Shown here: piece by piece, positions 14,485-29,675 of the stretch
Position numbering within the stretch: position 1 is the first letter of the stretch
Layout of the letters: every line of letters begins with the position of its first letter
Source: the human T2T-CHM13v2.0 reference genome, Homo sapiens
NCBI RefSeq assembly: GCF_009914755.1
Contig: NC_060934.1
Reading direction: 5' to 3' (one strand)
Length of the DNA: 64,000 bases
Position numbers and translations under genes: made by a program
Notes under the pieces: generated by a model
Told to the model about the DNA's origin: nothing
Database searches by the model: none
The model's input: only the letters and a program-made list of their open reading frames with translations

Positions 14485-16511
14485 TGACTTATATTAAGGC
14501 TTACTTGCTTTCTCTTTTCATTTCTGACCACAGTTTGTAACTTCCCTGCACTGAAAGATACTCTTTTTCCACCCCTTAAAGCATGCAAAGTAATGGTCGG
14601 AAGGGAGGGCTCATTAACGTTTTTCATTTTTTTCCTGTGGTTTCCTCTCATTATTTCATTGCCTAGGCAATATTTTTTAAAAGACCTCATGCTGGTGAAC
14701 AGAAGTTGACATAAAAGAGCATAACAACTTTTTTGGAGTCTCAAGGTCTGTGATGTAAATACCCCAATTTGTTTTTCAAAGGTTTTCATAATCCATTGTA
14801 TAAATACACATATTTACATAATTTCCAAAACATGTACTTTGCAGCCACAGTCCTTCCAGCATTATCTATTAATAAGGAGTCACATGTAGATGTGGATTTG
14901 CAAGCTTGAATTCCAACACATCACTTTATCATTTTCAAATTTCGTGAGCGCTGGAACTTAGTGGGCAGACTTCCCCATCTCACTTCAAGAAAACATCTGA
15001 AGGGTGTCATCCACTTTGGAGGGAACAAGACACCCCAGTTTCGATAAACTTGACCTCTGTGGGATTATACCAGAGAGGGAACTGCTCAAACTGAGCAGAG
15101 GGAATGGGTGTCTGTAGGCACTGAACTTTAAGCTTGTCCTTCTAAGGTAACATTTGCAATTCTTTCTATGATGCACTTTTTATTTTGTCCCCTAACTTCT
15201 GACGAAGGCCATGGGTATGTCAGTGGAAGTCAATAAAGGTGGCACATAGGTCATTGGAAAAATGGAGGGTATTTTCTATATTTGAGTGGTTTTCAGTGGG
15301 CTTCTTCCACCCTTGCTTGAGGCCGAGGAGCTTAGAGAGGATGGGAGGAGTTTAGAGGTGGGGACAGGGCTGCCAACAGTTTGAATTTTGCTTAACTTTG
15401 GCTGGTTGGAAGGCAGAGCACCCAAAGGAGACCTCTTTGGGTATTTCCAGATTCCCATCTGTGGCTGAAACCAAAGAACAAGGGTACCAGAGACCCTTTG
15501 GTCAAGTCCTCTGCGACGCCTTCACAGGACATTTTACTTGGCCCTCTGTCAGTTTCTCCTAATAAAAATCCTTTTTTATTTTTTGCTTCAACAATCTAGG
15601 TCATTTGCTGGTATCTCCTAGGCTTTCCAATTCGACAGAAGGGTCTTCTCTTTACCCTCAGAGCATTTTCATTTTTTACTATATTGAATTTCTTTGGTAT
15701 ATTACCTTTTATAATAGCTTCTCTTATTGCAATGTATCTGACTAGTGTTTTCTCTGCATTTTCATCTTTAAAAGAATTAAATAGAGAAGAGTAAGAATAA
15801 GGGGAAGAATTTCAAACAAGGGAGGCCCGAGGCCATTTTCCCCGCAGTGAGCTCTGCCCCACTGAGTTCTTCCCTGTCGGGGATCTCTCATTTCAGTTTC
15901 AGATGGTCCCCTTGACCTTGAAGACAGCCCTCTGGGAAAAGCTCTTAGTCTTACACCTAAAATTATTATTCTTGGCAGTTCGGTGGGGAAAGAGGCTGAA
16001 ATATTCCCCTTGGGGAGCTGTAACCCCAGCCCCAAAGATGGCTTAGTGGGGCCTATAACACTCTTATCTTCAGATGATTAAGCTTGCGAATTAAAATTCT
16101 TGATTTCTCATATGCATAAGTTTCTCACACTGAGGTGACTGCGGGGAATTCTGGGTAGTGTCCCTCTATCCCTCCAGATCCACTTCCCCCTCTTCTCCTT
16201 CCATTCAAATCTGGCCTTTGGAAAGCTCAAGGTAGGCAAAAGTATATCCTTAAACATCCAGCCCCTTGATACCATCGTCATCCTCATCGTGAAACCTTTA
16301 TTAAGCACCTGGACTCCTACAATACGAAGAAGTACGAGGGGCAATCCCTGCCCCAAAGGTGTCTCTAACGACATGTGACCACAAGACACACATCTATCAG
16401 CATAAAATGAAAAAATAGCTTTAAGGAGAATTATGTGGGCAATAAATATTGCAGGAGTTCAGGGAAGGGAGAAAAGACTGCAGCTGGGGGTAGACAAAAG
16501 TGATCTCATCA

Positions 16512-16868
<357 letters not shown>

Positions 16869-17445
16869 TTAACAGGCCAGAGTTTGACACTGCAGGTGTG
16901 TTTTACCCGAAGGGCAAGGACTGCCTCCTTTCTCTAGGTGCTGTATAATGTCCAGGCTATTTGGTGTACCTGGGAATGTTAAATAACAGTGTCTGGGGCT
17001 TTGACAAGGAAACAAAAGTTACCTTTGTCTTCTGCCTGAGTTGCAAAGAGCAGTATGTTTTTAGCTTGGAAAATATTGAGAACTTGTTTCTTTTAGCTTA
17101 CTTATTCTCACTTATCCTGGTAACACTGATGCATTTTTTTCATGTTTTAAAATTAATACATTCAGTGATATGCGTGTATTATACACAGGAAAATTCACTC
17201 TTTTTAGCATATGCCTTCTTGCGAATTTTGACAAATGCATACAGTCACGTAACCATGACCACAATCAAAATATCGAGCAGTTCCATCATGCAAAAAATTC
17301 CCCTGTGTCCTTTGCAGGCAACCCTTTTCCTCACCTCCAGGCTCGGGCAGCGATGGATCTATTTTCTGTCCCTACAATTTTGCCTTTCCCAAAATGTCAT
17401 ATAAATGAAATCACACACCCTGTGACTTTTGAGTCTGGCTTTCTT

Positions 17446-17711
17446 TTTTTTTTCTTTCTTTCTTGTTTTCTTTTTTTGTATTTCTTCATTTTAATTTATT
17501 TTTCATTTTTGTTTCTCACTTACCAACACGTGTAAAATGTAGCAGATGCGTTAGTAAAGAAGAAGCAGCTGGGGAGAGAAAGGCAGGAATTAAGCAGCCA
17601 CACATGAAGAGTCAGGTTGAGCAGGAAGTGATTGGGGGCAGCGGTGGCAGGCGTCCTCCTCCCCGCCCCACCTTCCCACAAAGCACCAGCAACTGCTGCT
17701 GCTCACAGCCC
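17446..17711 (-). pseudogene. 5'-truncated retrocopy of an unidentified polyadenylated transcript 3' end
   Basis: 17-bp TSD TTGAGTCTGGCTTTCTT at 17429-17445 and 17712-17728. Degenerate poly-A at 17446-17477. AATAAA on the minus strand (17495-17500) lies 17 nt before the tail. Body does not resemble Alu or L1. Confidence 0.75.
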
Positions 17712-17855
17712 TTGAGTCTGGCTTTCTTCACTTAGCATAATGCATTTGAGATTCGTCCACATCGTTGCATGTCTCAGTAGCTCATTACTTTTTGTTGCTG
17801 AGTAGTGTTCCATTGCACAGATGTACCGAAGTGTGTTTATCTATACACAAATTGA

Positions 17856-18242
<387 letters not shown>

Positions 18243-18363
18243 ACATGCAGGTTTTTATGTGAACCTAAGTTTTCATTTCACTCGTGTACATACTTAGGGA
18301 GTGAATTAAGTGTGTGGCTTCCGGGTCATCTAAGTATATGTTTAGTTTTATAAGAAACTGCCC

Positions 18364-18634
18364 ATGCCTATAATCCCTGCACTTTGGGAAGCTGAAGCAG
18401 GATTTCTTGCGCCTAAGAGTTCAAAACCAGCCAAGAAACATGGCAAGATGTTGTCTCTACAAAAAATTTAAAAATTAGCCAGCCATGGTGGCACATGCCT
18501 GGAGTCCCAGCTACTCAGGAGGCTGAGGCTGCAGCGAGCCATATTGACACCACTGCACTCCAGCCTGGGCAACAGAGGGAGAGTTTGTCTCAAAAAAAAA
18601 AAAAGAAAGAAAGAAAGAAAGAAAAAGAAAAGAA
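18364..18634 (+). mobile_element. AluJ with internal deletion
   Basis: Diverged Alu with (GAAA)n tail, aagaaactgccc on both sides. Confidence 0.85.
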
Positions 18635-18890
18635 ACTGCCCAACTGTTTTCTAAAGTGACTGTGCTGTTATTCATTCTCCCAGCAGTGTAGAAGACCTCC
18701 AGTTTCTCTGCGTCCTTGCTGGCACTTGGTCATTTAAATACCTTTTAGCTATTCTAATAAGTGGGGCTTTAGTTTACATTTTAGTTTGCATGATGGTGAG
18801 CATCTTTCCATCAAACTGGTAAGTTTTTATTAGTAATTCTACCACATAATAATAATTCCACCACAATTGTAATTAACCATTCCATTACAG

Positions 18891-19105
18891 CAGTGGTTCT
18901 CACTGGCACCAGTTCCGCTCCTCTTCCCGGACATTTCGCAATGTCTGGAGGCATTTTTAGCTGCCACCATTGGGGGCATGCTATTGGCATTGAGTGGGTA
19001 GAGGCCAGGGGTGCTGCTAGCCATCCTACAATGCCCAGGACAGCCCCAACAACAACGTGTCACCCATCCCAAAATGTCAGTAGTGCCCAGACCGAGAAGC
19101 CCTGC
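18891..19105 (+). mobile_element. MER20 (hAT-Charlie)
   Basis: cagtggttctca...gacatttcgcaatgtctggag...gggtagaggccagggg tgctgcta...catcctacaatgc...gagaagccctg. Confidence 0.85.
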
Positions 19106-19189
19106 ACTAGAGGGTTGTCAGAAAGATTCAGACGTGGGCCACCCTGAAAACTGTGGGAGCTCCCCTCATGTTATAGTCATTTATACTAA

Positions 19190-19642
<453 letters not shown>

Positions 19643-20574
19643 TAACTTAGGTATTTGGTCCTCCTCTGATGTGAAGACATGTCACATCATTGCGGGTTGG
19701 GGTTTTCCTTTGCAACAGAGTTCATTTTAATGGTGAGATTTTATATTATCAAATTTTGGCCCAAAGTAAGTTATGTTTGCATCATAAATCCTTGAAAATG
19801 GTTACAATTTACTACCAAAAAGGCAACTCACTTTTCCTCTCTGCATCTCAGTTCCTCTGCTTGTGAAGTGAGTCTCAGGGGGCAGCTGATCTTTGAGGCC
19901 ACGGGGAACTCTCACTCTCACGTGCTTTGATTCTACCGAGATCATTGAGTGCCACTCCGCCATCCAACAACATAATGAAATGGTTCATGTGCCATTTGTT
20001 GGCACCAAAGGTCTACATTGATTTGAAAACCCTAGCCTCCAAACATCCAAAAAATAAATGTTATGAGGTAAGCAAGAAGGCATGATTTGCCTAGGACAAA
20101 TTTGGTTTCCTTCTAACACTCCTTATAGATTCCAGTAATTTTTAGATTTCAGTTTTTGCTTAAGTTCAGAAATAGAGCCATTTCCAGGCCATGCTGGGGA
20201 GCCCCGAATGGGTATAGAAAGAGCAGCAAGGCAGAAAGACAAGTAACCACCTACTTGCTCTAGCTAAATACTGCTTTACAATGTATGTCTTATTCTACTT
20301 GCCACTAATGCAAAGTAATAACTTCATTCAACAAATACTTACCATGTATCTACTCTGTTTTCAGTGTTGTGGCAGAGACTTTGGTAGACACCAAAGAAGA
20401 CCAACTATGGCCTTCCAGAGTCTGTCTTGACATAGGGAAACACCATCACCCTGAATCCTTAGACCATTAGCTAATGATTTACAAAGGCTACTCCTGAGAG
20501 GTTCGTGTCCCTAGAGCAGACGTCTACACACAGGAGGCCCTGGGTAAATGTTTCATTGATGAAATGATGGACAC

Positions 20575-20915
20575 TGCATTAATTCGTTTTCACACTTCCC
20601 ATAAAGACATACCTGAGACTGGGCAGTTTACAAAAGAAAGAGGTTTAATGGACGTACAGTTCCACATGGCTGGGGAGGCCTCACCATCATGGTGGAAGGT
20701 AAAAGGCATGTCTCACATGGCGGTGGACAGAAGAGAGCTTGTGCAGGGAAACTCCCCTGTTTAAAACCATCAGATCTCATGAGACTTATTCACTATCACG
20801 AGAACAGCACGGGAAAGAGCTGCCCCCATGATTCAATTACCTCCCACTGGGTCCCTCCCACAGCATGTGGGAATTCAAGATGAGATTTGGTTGGGGACAC
20901 AGCCAAACCATATCA
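20575..20915 (-). mobile_element. THE1-type MaLR solo LTR
   Basis: Ends ggggacacagccaaaccatatca. Flanks gacac/gatgc fit a CpG-decayed 5-bp TSD. Confidence 0.9.
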
Positions 20916-20924
20916 GATGCCAAG

Positions 20925-21148
20925 CAGTGCTTCTCAAACTATCTGTGGCAGAGGATCATTTTCAGTATTTCTAATCCATGGAGACTAATGCCTAGGTAAA
21001 ACACAGTAAAAATGTGCTTGGATGTCCCAGCAATGCCAAATTGTTATGCAAGGTTTTCAATGCTTTCTCAGTCTCTGTGTTTATTTCATTGTAGACTTAA
21101 AAAAAAATCTCACAGCCCAGTACTGGTCACAGATGAGGCTTCAGCAGT
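20925..21148 (+). mobile_element. hAT-Charlie MITE (MER112-like)
   Basis: Begins cagtgcttctcaaactatctgtgg, a Charlie-type terminal inverted repeat. Confidence 0.5.
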
Positions 21149-22667
21149 AAAAGAAAAGAGGGCACATTCTGCCTGAAGTAATCAAGGATGTGTGAACTCA
21201 CAATTCACATGTCCTGCACCCACTAAGTCTGAGGTCTTATGCAAGTAAGGAACTGAAACAATCAGAACGACTCCCAGGCCTCAAATACCATCCAGATGTA
21301 ATCTTGCTTCTCCCAAATGCTCTTCCTCTCAAAATCTGTTTTCTGTTCAGGCATTGGATGAGGTAGAAATAAAGGCAGGAAAGGAAGGAAGAAGAAAGGC
21401 AGGTGTGGGACCCTGGGGTGGCCAATTCCCATGCAGAGGGATGTCAAAGGGGTGTTGCCAGCGACCCACGGTGGCTCTCCCTCACTCCAGTTCCTTCAGA
21501 GCACCTTGCACTTATCTATCCATGGGCGCAGATCACACCTCTAGGAGCTGAGAGTTTTAGGCTGCAGTTCTCACACCTCCCTGCTTAGTCATGGGGCAGT
21601 ACCTGTCACATCACATCACCGCCAGGCCACTCTCGGAAGGGATTCCAGACACTGACCTACAGCCTCATGGTTCTCTAATTTGCGTTTCTAGCTCACTGAA
21701 GCAGCCAGTTCACGGCAATCAAAGATTCCCCTGCTCCCCTTCCATCTTACCTCCTGCCCCTGCCAGCCCCAGTCACCACAAGGTGGCCATGACTTTCTTT
21801 CCCTCTCAGTCTGTAGCCAGCCGCAAACCAGTGACCTAGAGAGGTGTCACCGCCTCCCACGAACAGCTCTGGCACTCAGCTTTCTGTGGAAAGCATTTTA
21901 TTTTAAGAAACAGAGCAAACTGTCATTGTAAGACCTCTTCTACAACTTGGGATGAAAGTTCGTCACAAAACAAAGTGCCTGCTGAAAGAGGACAGGAATA
22001 AGAGGTCAGCATTGTTAACTCCATGATCAAGCCACATGCGCTGAGAAAAATCGACACGTGAAAATTCCTCTGTATGTCTCAAAATCTTTTTGCAGATGGT
22101 GCTGATTTTTTTGCAGGACATGGTAACAGAGAAATCCTCTGCTAAGTGAGCCATTATGTAAACTGTTCTCATGAAAGAATATGACAAACAAATATTCACC
22201 AGACTTAGGTCATGGGTGTAGTGCTTTTAGTGATAGTATCAGCATTGCGTTTTCTTCATTACTCAAGGAAACAGAGAATTAATTTGACCTAGAAAGAAAG
22301 TTGTCATATAGAGGTACCAAACATCGTACTTCTTAACACTTTGACATAAACTCTGAGTAAACGATATTAAAGTTGAATGACATTATTTTGAGAAACAGTT
22401 ACTGGAATTGCCTCTCAGCTGTTCTTCCTACTTCTGCTCTCCTCTGACTTCCATCTACCCTGCATATTAAATTAATCTTCCTAAAATACTCCTCTCTGTC
22501 CCTCTCTTGCTCCTGAATCTACAATGGCAGCCAATGGAGTCAGCACCTTGTAGAGCAGAAGGAAACTTAGCCATGCTCTCCAGCCTCCTTACTTGCAAAG
22601 TGGGGAAGTGAAGACCCAGAAAAAGTGGTTTCCTCACTGTCATTGAGCTAGTAATTGACAGAAATAA

Positions 22668-23034
<367 letters not shown>

Positions 23035-23257
23035 TAGAATTTCAAATTCAGGGCATGATTATTTTTTCTGCCTTAATTCCTCTAATAAGCTTTCAAAGCA
23101 CAGTTTGACCCCCGCATTTCTACAGAACATCGTTTCTCTACCTGAGCTCCCAGCTCCCCATCTCTGCTATGCACTGAACTTCCCCAGCCCTTCCTCTAGC
23201 CCTGGGTTTCTGCTGGAGCTTCAACCCAAAGTTTCCCCGCCCTACTGCCCTGTGACC

Positions 23258-23288
23258 TGAAATACAGCTGGGTTCATTTGTTTCTATT
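23258..23288 (+). repeat. 31-bp exact direct repeat, copy 1 (partner 25040-25070)
   Basis: tgaaatacagctgggttcatttgtttctatt occurs twice. Confidence 0.95.
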
Positions 23289-23439
23289 CCACCCACTCCT
23301 CCATGAGGCCCAGCCCAAGAACTCCAGTGACCTCTTCCTGGCACTTTTTGTACTCCATTGTCTGTACTTCGCTGCCGGCATTCACTCACATGCTGGTTAG
23401 TTCACTAAGTGTTTTTGGGTCTTTTCTTCTTAACACCAT

Positions 23440-24060
23440 AGATTTATGGGACATTAGAGTGGAAGGTATCTAGAAGTCATCCAGTTTGACCCCATGCCTC
23501 TTACACAGTTGTCCTGTACCACCTTGCTGATACCAAGAAGGTGAAAATGAAGATCTGACCGCAAACTGCCCATTCCAAGTTAGACAACTTTCCTTTTCAG
23601 ACAGCACTTCCTTGTGTTGAGACAAAAATGTCCTTCCCACCCATCTTCACCCAAACTGACCCTGTTTCTGCACTCCAGATGGATATAGAATAAATCAAAT
23701 CCCTCTTCCATGTTTAAATCCCTCTGCATACATTTAAAGACAATTTGTGTGCGTCCTCCATTCTCTTAGCCCCTTCTCTTTCCCAGGAGTCTCTCTTCCA
23801 GTCCAAATAATCCTGGTCCTCCCATTCTGCCCATGACATGGTTTTGCATGCTGCACACGGTACTCCAAAATTATGGCCAAAAGATGTTGGCCAAATACCA
23901 AAAATTTGAACATAGGACAATAGTCCCCTGAAGGCTGAAGAGAGTGGCTCATTCACCTCCCTTGTTCTAAGTACTGTGTCTCTACTAATGTATCCTGCAC
24001 ACTCACTACATTTCTGGAGGGCATTTCACACTGAGGATTTACAGTAGGCTTATTCAACCA
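23440..24060 (-). mobile_element. L3/CR1 LINE fragment
   Basis: ttagagtggaagg...agtcatccagttt, aatccctcttccatg...atttaaagaca and cacctcccttgttctaag are typical of the CR1/L3 3' end. Confidence 0.6.
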
Positions 24061-24810
24061 AAATTTATCATCAGGGTACATCTTCCCTTTTTAAGGTGTG
24101 TGTGGTTATATTTTCAGATTTTTTTTTCAGAATGCTTATTTATTCTTGTTCAACTAATCTCTGCTTTCTTTCATTCAATGAGGCATTATCGAATGCATTG
24201 GAACCTGGTAAAAAACAAGGAAGAATCAGATGCTGGTTTTTATTAAAACGTGCTCATTATAGGTAAGGTAAGACTTCCATAAAGAATTTTATTCTAACAT
24301 AAACATGAATGTGCTTTTAATGAGTTTTAGTTACAGTACCATGGAAATTCAGAGGAAATGAGATTGCTGTGATCAGGAGAGAGGGAGGATAGAAGGCCTC
24401 ATGGAGAAGAGGTAAGATTTTAATATACAAAAGTTATGGGAAAGAAATTCTCTGTGACTAGAACAGGATGAGCAGAGCTACAGAGGCAAGAAATCAAAGA
24501 ATAGCAGCTAAAGTTCAGAGAGGTGAGGAGGGAAAGCATGAGTTTCACTGCTGTCTCTGATTCCAGGCCAGTCTCACCGGGTTCTTCCTTAATTTCCTCC
24601 CTTCCAAATTTGCACATCCCTTCTTCCATGGTGAGGACTTATTTCCAAAACATTAACATATTTACTCGTGTGCTCAATTCTGCAACACCCATTGCCACCT
24701 TCACATCACTGCACAGAACAAACCTACTAAAAAGAGTGCAAGATTGGTTTGCACTTCTTTTATTTTCCTAGACTGGAGTCTAATGGTTAAAGTACTTTGT
24801 TCAAAAATTA

Positions 24811-25070
<260 letters not shown>

Positions 25071-26449
25071 TGCATTTTGTTTGAGTTTTCCCCCTTCATC
25101 TTTCGTGATTTAACTTTATTTTTTTTGAATATGCAGAACATTCATGTGCTTGACCAGAGACTTTATTTTGTGTATCTTTGGTAGCTTACTACCATCTGGA
25201 GCATTCGTAGTATGTCATGGCAGTTGTTTTTTGATTGACTGATTATTGAATAGACAGTTGAAAATTGTATGTAACAGAGATGCCTGTTATTGAGAGGATC
25301 TTACATCAAGGTCCTATAAGCTCATGCCTTTGATGCCCAATCATGACAAAGTCTGATGTGTCCAGAAAGCCTCAAGCTATTCAAGGATGTGTACCCAGAT
25401 GGCAGCCCTAGTATCTCCCAAAGGAAAGGTCCTCCATCTGGGATGCCATTCAATGGTACCCTGGAGAAATCTGTCCTGGGGCTTTGTCCTTGATGGACTA
25501 GTAGCTGTTGAAAGATTTGTAGAAGCAGCACCCGCATAATAAATGTCTGAAATGACTGCTGCTCCTTCTGCTGTGGGCAAGGTGACAGACAAGAAGAAAA
25601 CGTTAACCTTCCTTAGAAGTTAAGACGTATCTGTTTATACACTGCATTTCTTAGGTGCAAATAGGACACCTATTTTTGAGAAACCTGGCAACTAAACTGC
25701 AGCCAGGTTGGCCTCTCAGTGGAGAAGAAATAAAAAAGATATGACTCATTAAACAAATAACTCTGAGTAAAAGGACCCTAGTGAATACAGAGTCTATTTG
25801 TTTTATTTTTAAATTACATTTATCAGTCATTACAAATATAATCATTAACAGATTATTTACATAATTGGTTGTAAAATGCAAACCCAGGGCCAAAAGGCAA
25901 ACTAGTTTTTCAGTTACCAAACACAATACCCTGAAATTACAAAGAAATGCGGATGCAGTTCCATACATTAAGGCTGATGGTCCCCCTTTACTCTCTATGG
26001 AAAGAAAAGAAAACGTGTGCAAGGTCATTGGTGGCATCTCGAAATGTGCTTTGTCATGGGCCTTATACCGGCACTGCCTCGGGAGTTGGGCTGCTCGGCT
26101 GGAATGATTCCTGAGGACCAAGCTCACTCCAGTAGCTGGGGGGCTACAGTGACATGAACCTTTTAGTAGTTCAGCTGGTACACAGGTTCCTCCCTAAAGT
26201 CCTCAAACTTTCTCACTGGAGAGAATACTGGTGGATAATTAGTAAACTTCTCTCCTGTGAATGTTGCAAAACACGTATCTGGCTTCATGATGCAATTAGA
26301 GGGAAAAGGAACTCATCAACAGCTTCCATTTTTACCTGGACAAGATCTCCAATCTACAGATGAAACTGGATTCAAAGGGAGATTAAATGCCTAACCTGAA
26401 TCACAGCGTGAGATCTAGATTTAGCTACTCTGTACTATTTTTCATTCTT

Positions 26450-26882
26450 GAACCATACCAAAATGTAGTGGCTTAGAACGACAACAGATCTGCTCAGGAT
26501 TGCAATGGGTTAGCAGTGTGGGCTGGGCTTACCTAGTGGTTCTTCTGCTGGTTGTGCCTGATGGTTCATGCTGCCGAAGCCATCTATCTGGCAGTTCAGC
26601 TGAGCCTGGGTGGAGGGGTGGGGTCTAATATGGCCTCACACACATGTCTAGAGGTTGGTGTTGGCTGTCAGCTGGTCATGTTTCATCACCTGGAGGTAGC
26701 ATTCTGAAAGGGCAAGCCCCAAAACACAAGCGTTCTTCAAGCTGCGTCTTATATCAAGCTTGCTGACATCCCATTGGCCAAAGCAAGTCACATGGCCAAA
26801 TTTCAAGTCCTCATGGGAGGAGACTACCAAGGCTGTGGAGGTGGAATTCACTGGGAACAATAACTGTGATAACCTACAACAC
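26450..26882 (-). mobile_element. MLT1 (G/H-like) MaLR LTR
   Basis: aaatgtagtggcttagaac ... gacatcccattggccaaagcaagtcacatggccaa ... ctacaaca. Confidence 0.75.
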
Positions 26883-27194
26883 AGAGTCTTATAAGGAGAC
26901 AGGCTATCTGCATTAAAATCAAAACCACAGTGCAAGGCTTACGTGGCTTCTCAAGGCTCCAAGCCAGGGCGCTTTCTCCCACCCCACCTCCTCTCTGTCC
27001 TCACCAGTCCCGTTCTGATTTCCTGGTTAGTGTGCCATTCACATCAGACCTTGGTCCACACAGGCATCTGTGAGACACAGAGACTTCATCCCGTGTCTCT
27101 GAGCCTAGCACTCCTTTTGTTCCTGGCCAGCAATCCTAGGTTGTTTGTTTAGTTTTTTTCTGTTTAAACTAGTTTAAAAACATAATAAAGTAAA

Positions 27195-27478
27195 GCCGGG
27201 CCTGGTGGCTCATGCCTGTAATCCCAGCACTTTCAGAGGCCAAGGCAGGTGGATCTCCTTAGGTCAGGAGTTTGAGACCAGTCTGACCAATATGGTGAAA
27301 CCTCCTCTCTACTAAAAATACAAAAATTAGCCAGGCGTGGTGGTGTGCGCCTGTAGTCCCAGCTACTCAGGAGGCTGAGAAAGGAGAATTGCTTGAACCT
27401 GGAGGTGGAGGTTACAGTGAGTTGAGATCACGCCACTGCACTCCATCCTGGGCAACAAAGCAAGACTCCATCTCAAAA
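27195..27478 (+). mobile_element. AluS whose tail runs into the AT-rich array
   Basis: Full dimer body ending gactccatctcaaaa. Confidence 0.95.
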
Positions 27479-29675
27479 CTATATATATATAAATATATAT
27501 AAATTATAAATATATAATTACAAATATATATAATATTAATATAATATAATATAATATTATATATAAATATATAATATAATATTATATATAAATATATAAT
27601 ATAATATTATATATAACTATATAATATAATATTATATATAACTATATAATATAATATATATAAATATATAATATAATATTATATATAACTATATAATATA
27701 ATATTATATATAACTATATAATATAATATTATATATAACTATATAATATAATATTATATATAACTATATAATATATTATATTATATATAAATATATAATA
27801 TATTATATTATATAAATATATAATATATTATATTATATGTAAATATAATATAATATATTATATAAATATATAATATATTTTATAAATATATAATATATAG
27901 TTATATTATATTATATATTATAATATAATATAATATATTATATTATATATTATAATATAATATAATATATTATATTATATATTATAATATAATATATTAC
28001 ATTATATTATAACATAATATATTAAGATTATATATTATAACATAATATATTAAGATTATATATTATAATATAATATATTATATTATATATTACAATATAA
28101 TATATTATATTATATATTACAATATAATATAATATATTATATTATATATTACAATATAATATAATATATTATATTATATATTACAATATAATATAATATA
28201 TTATATTATATATTACAATATAATATAATATATTATATTATATATTACAATATAATATAATATATTATATTATATATTATAATATATTATATTATATATT
28301 ATAATATATAATATATATAAATTTATAATATATAGTTATATTATATTATATATTATAATATAATACATAAATATATAATATATATAGTTATATATCATAT
28401 TATATATTATGTATCGTATAATATACATTATATATTTATATAGTTATAAATATATAATATATTAATATAGTTATAAATATATTATATATTATATATTTAT
28501 AACTATATTAATATATTATATATTTATAACTATATTATATATTAAATATTTATAACTATATTATATATTAATGCATTTATAACTATATTATATATTAATG
28601 CATTTATAAATATGTTATATATTAATAAATATATAATATGTATTATATAATATATTATCTATTATAATATATTATATATTATATATTATTATATATTATA
28701 TTATATATTACATATTATTATATTATTATATATTATATATTATTATATATTGTATAATATATTATATATTATTATATTATTATATATTATATATTATATA
28801 TTGTATAATATATTATATATTATTATATTATTATATATTATATATTATTATATATTGTATAATATATTACTATATATTATATATTATTATATAATATATA
28901 ATATATTACTATATATTATATATTATTATATAATATATAATATATTACTATATATTATATATTATTATATAATATATAATATATTACTATATATTATATA
29001 TTATTATATAATATATAATATATTACTATATATTATATATTATTATATAATATATAATATATTACTATATTATATATTATTATATAATATATAATATATT
29101 ACTATATATTATATATTATTATATAATATATAATATATTACTATATATTATATATTATTATATAATATATAATATATTACTATATATTATATATTATTAT
29201 ATAATATATAATATATTACTATATATTATATATTATTATATAATATATAATATATTACTATATTATATATTATTATATAATATATAATATATTACTATAT
29301 AATATATTATTATATAATATATAATATATTACTATATAATATATTATTATATATGATATAATATATTACTATATAATATATTATTATATATGATATAATA
29401 TATTACTATATAATATATTATTATATATGATATAATATATTACTATATATTATATATGATATAATATATTATTATATATTATATTAAATATATTATATTA
29501 TTATATATTATATTAAATATATTATATTATTATATATTATATTAAATATATTATATTATTATATATTATATTAAATATATTATATGTAAATTATATAGAT
29601 AAATAAGATATTATAATATAATATAATATATATAATATAACATATATTGTATATATTACATATATATTTATAATA
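27479..29675. repeat. 2.2-kb AT-rich compound minisatellite
   Basis: Almost only A/T. Blocks have periods of about 23, 32 and 39/37 bp, measured from the spacing of rare C residues. Confidence 0.97.

Noticed and set aside
17515-17585. Acceptor-like ctccccag and donor-like gtaagt around 45 nt on the minus strand of the retrocopy
   Set aside because: Could be chance or inherited from the parent UTR. There is no evidence of use as an exon.
20564-20883. Similar ORFs at 20564-20883, 39654-39893 and 50127-50400
   Set aside because: The similarity comes from three THE1 LTR copies, not a gene family.
28750-29094. 114-aa Y/I/N/L-rich ORF
   Set aside because: A by-product of the 39-bp in-frame AT tandem repeat.
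27479-29675. Regularly spaced repeats suggestive of a CRISPR array
   Set aside because: Head-to-tail units with no unique spacers, no cas genes, and a human context.
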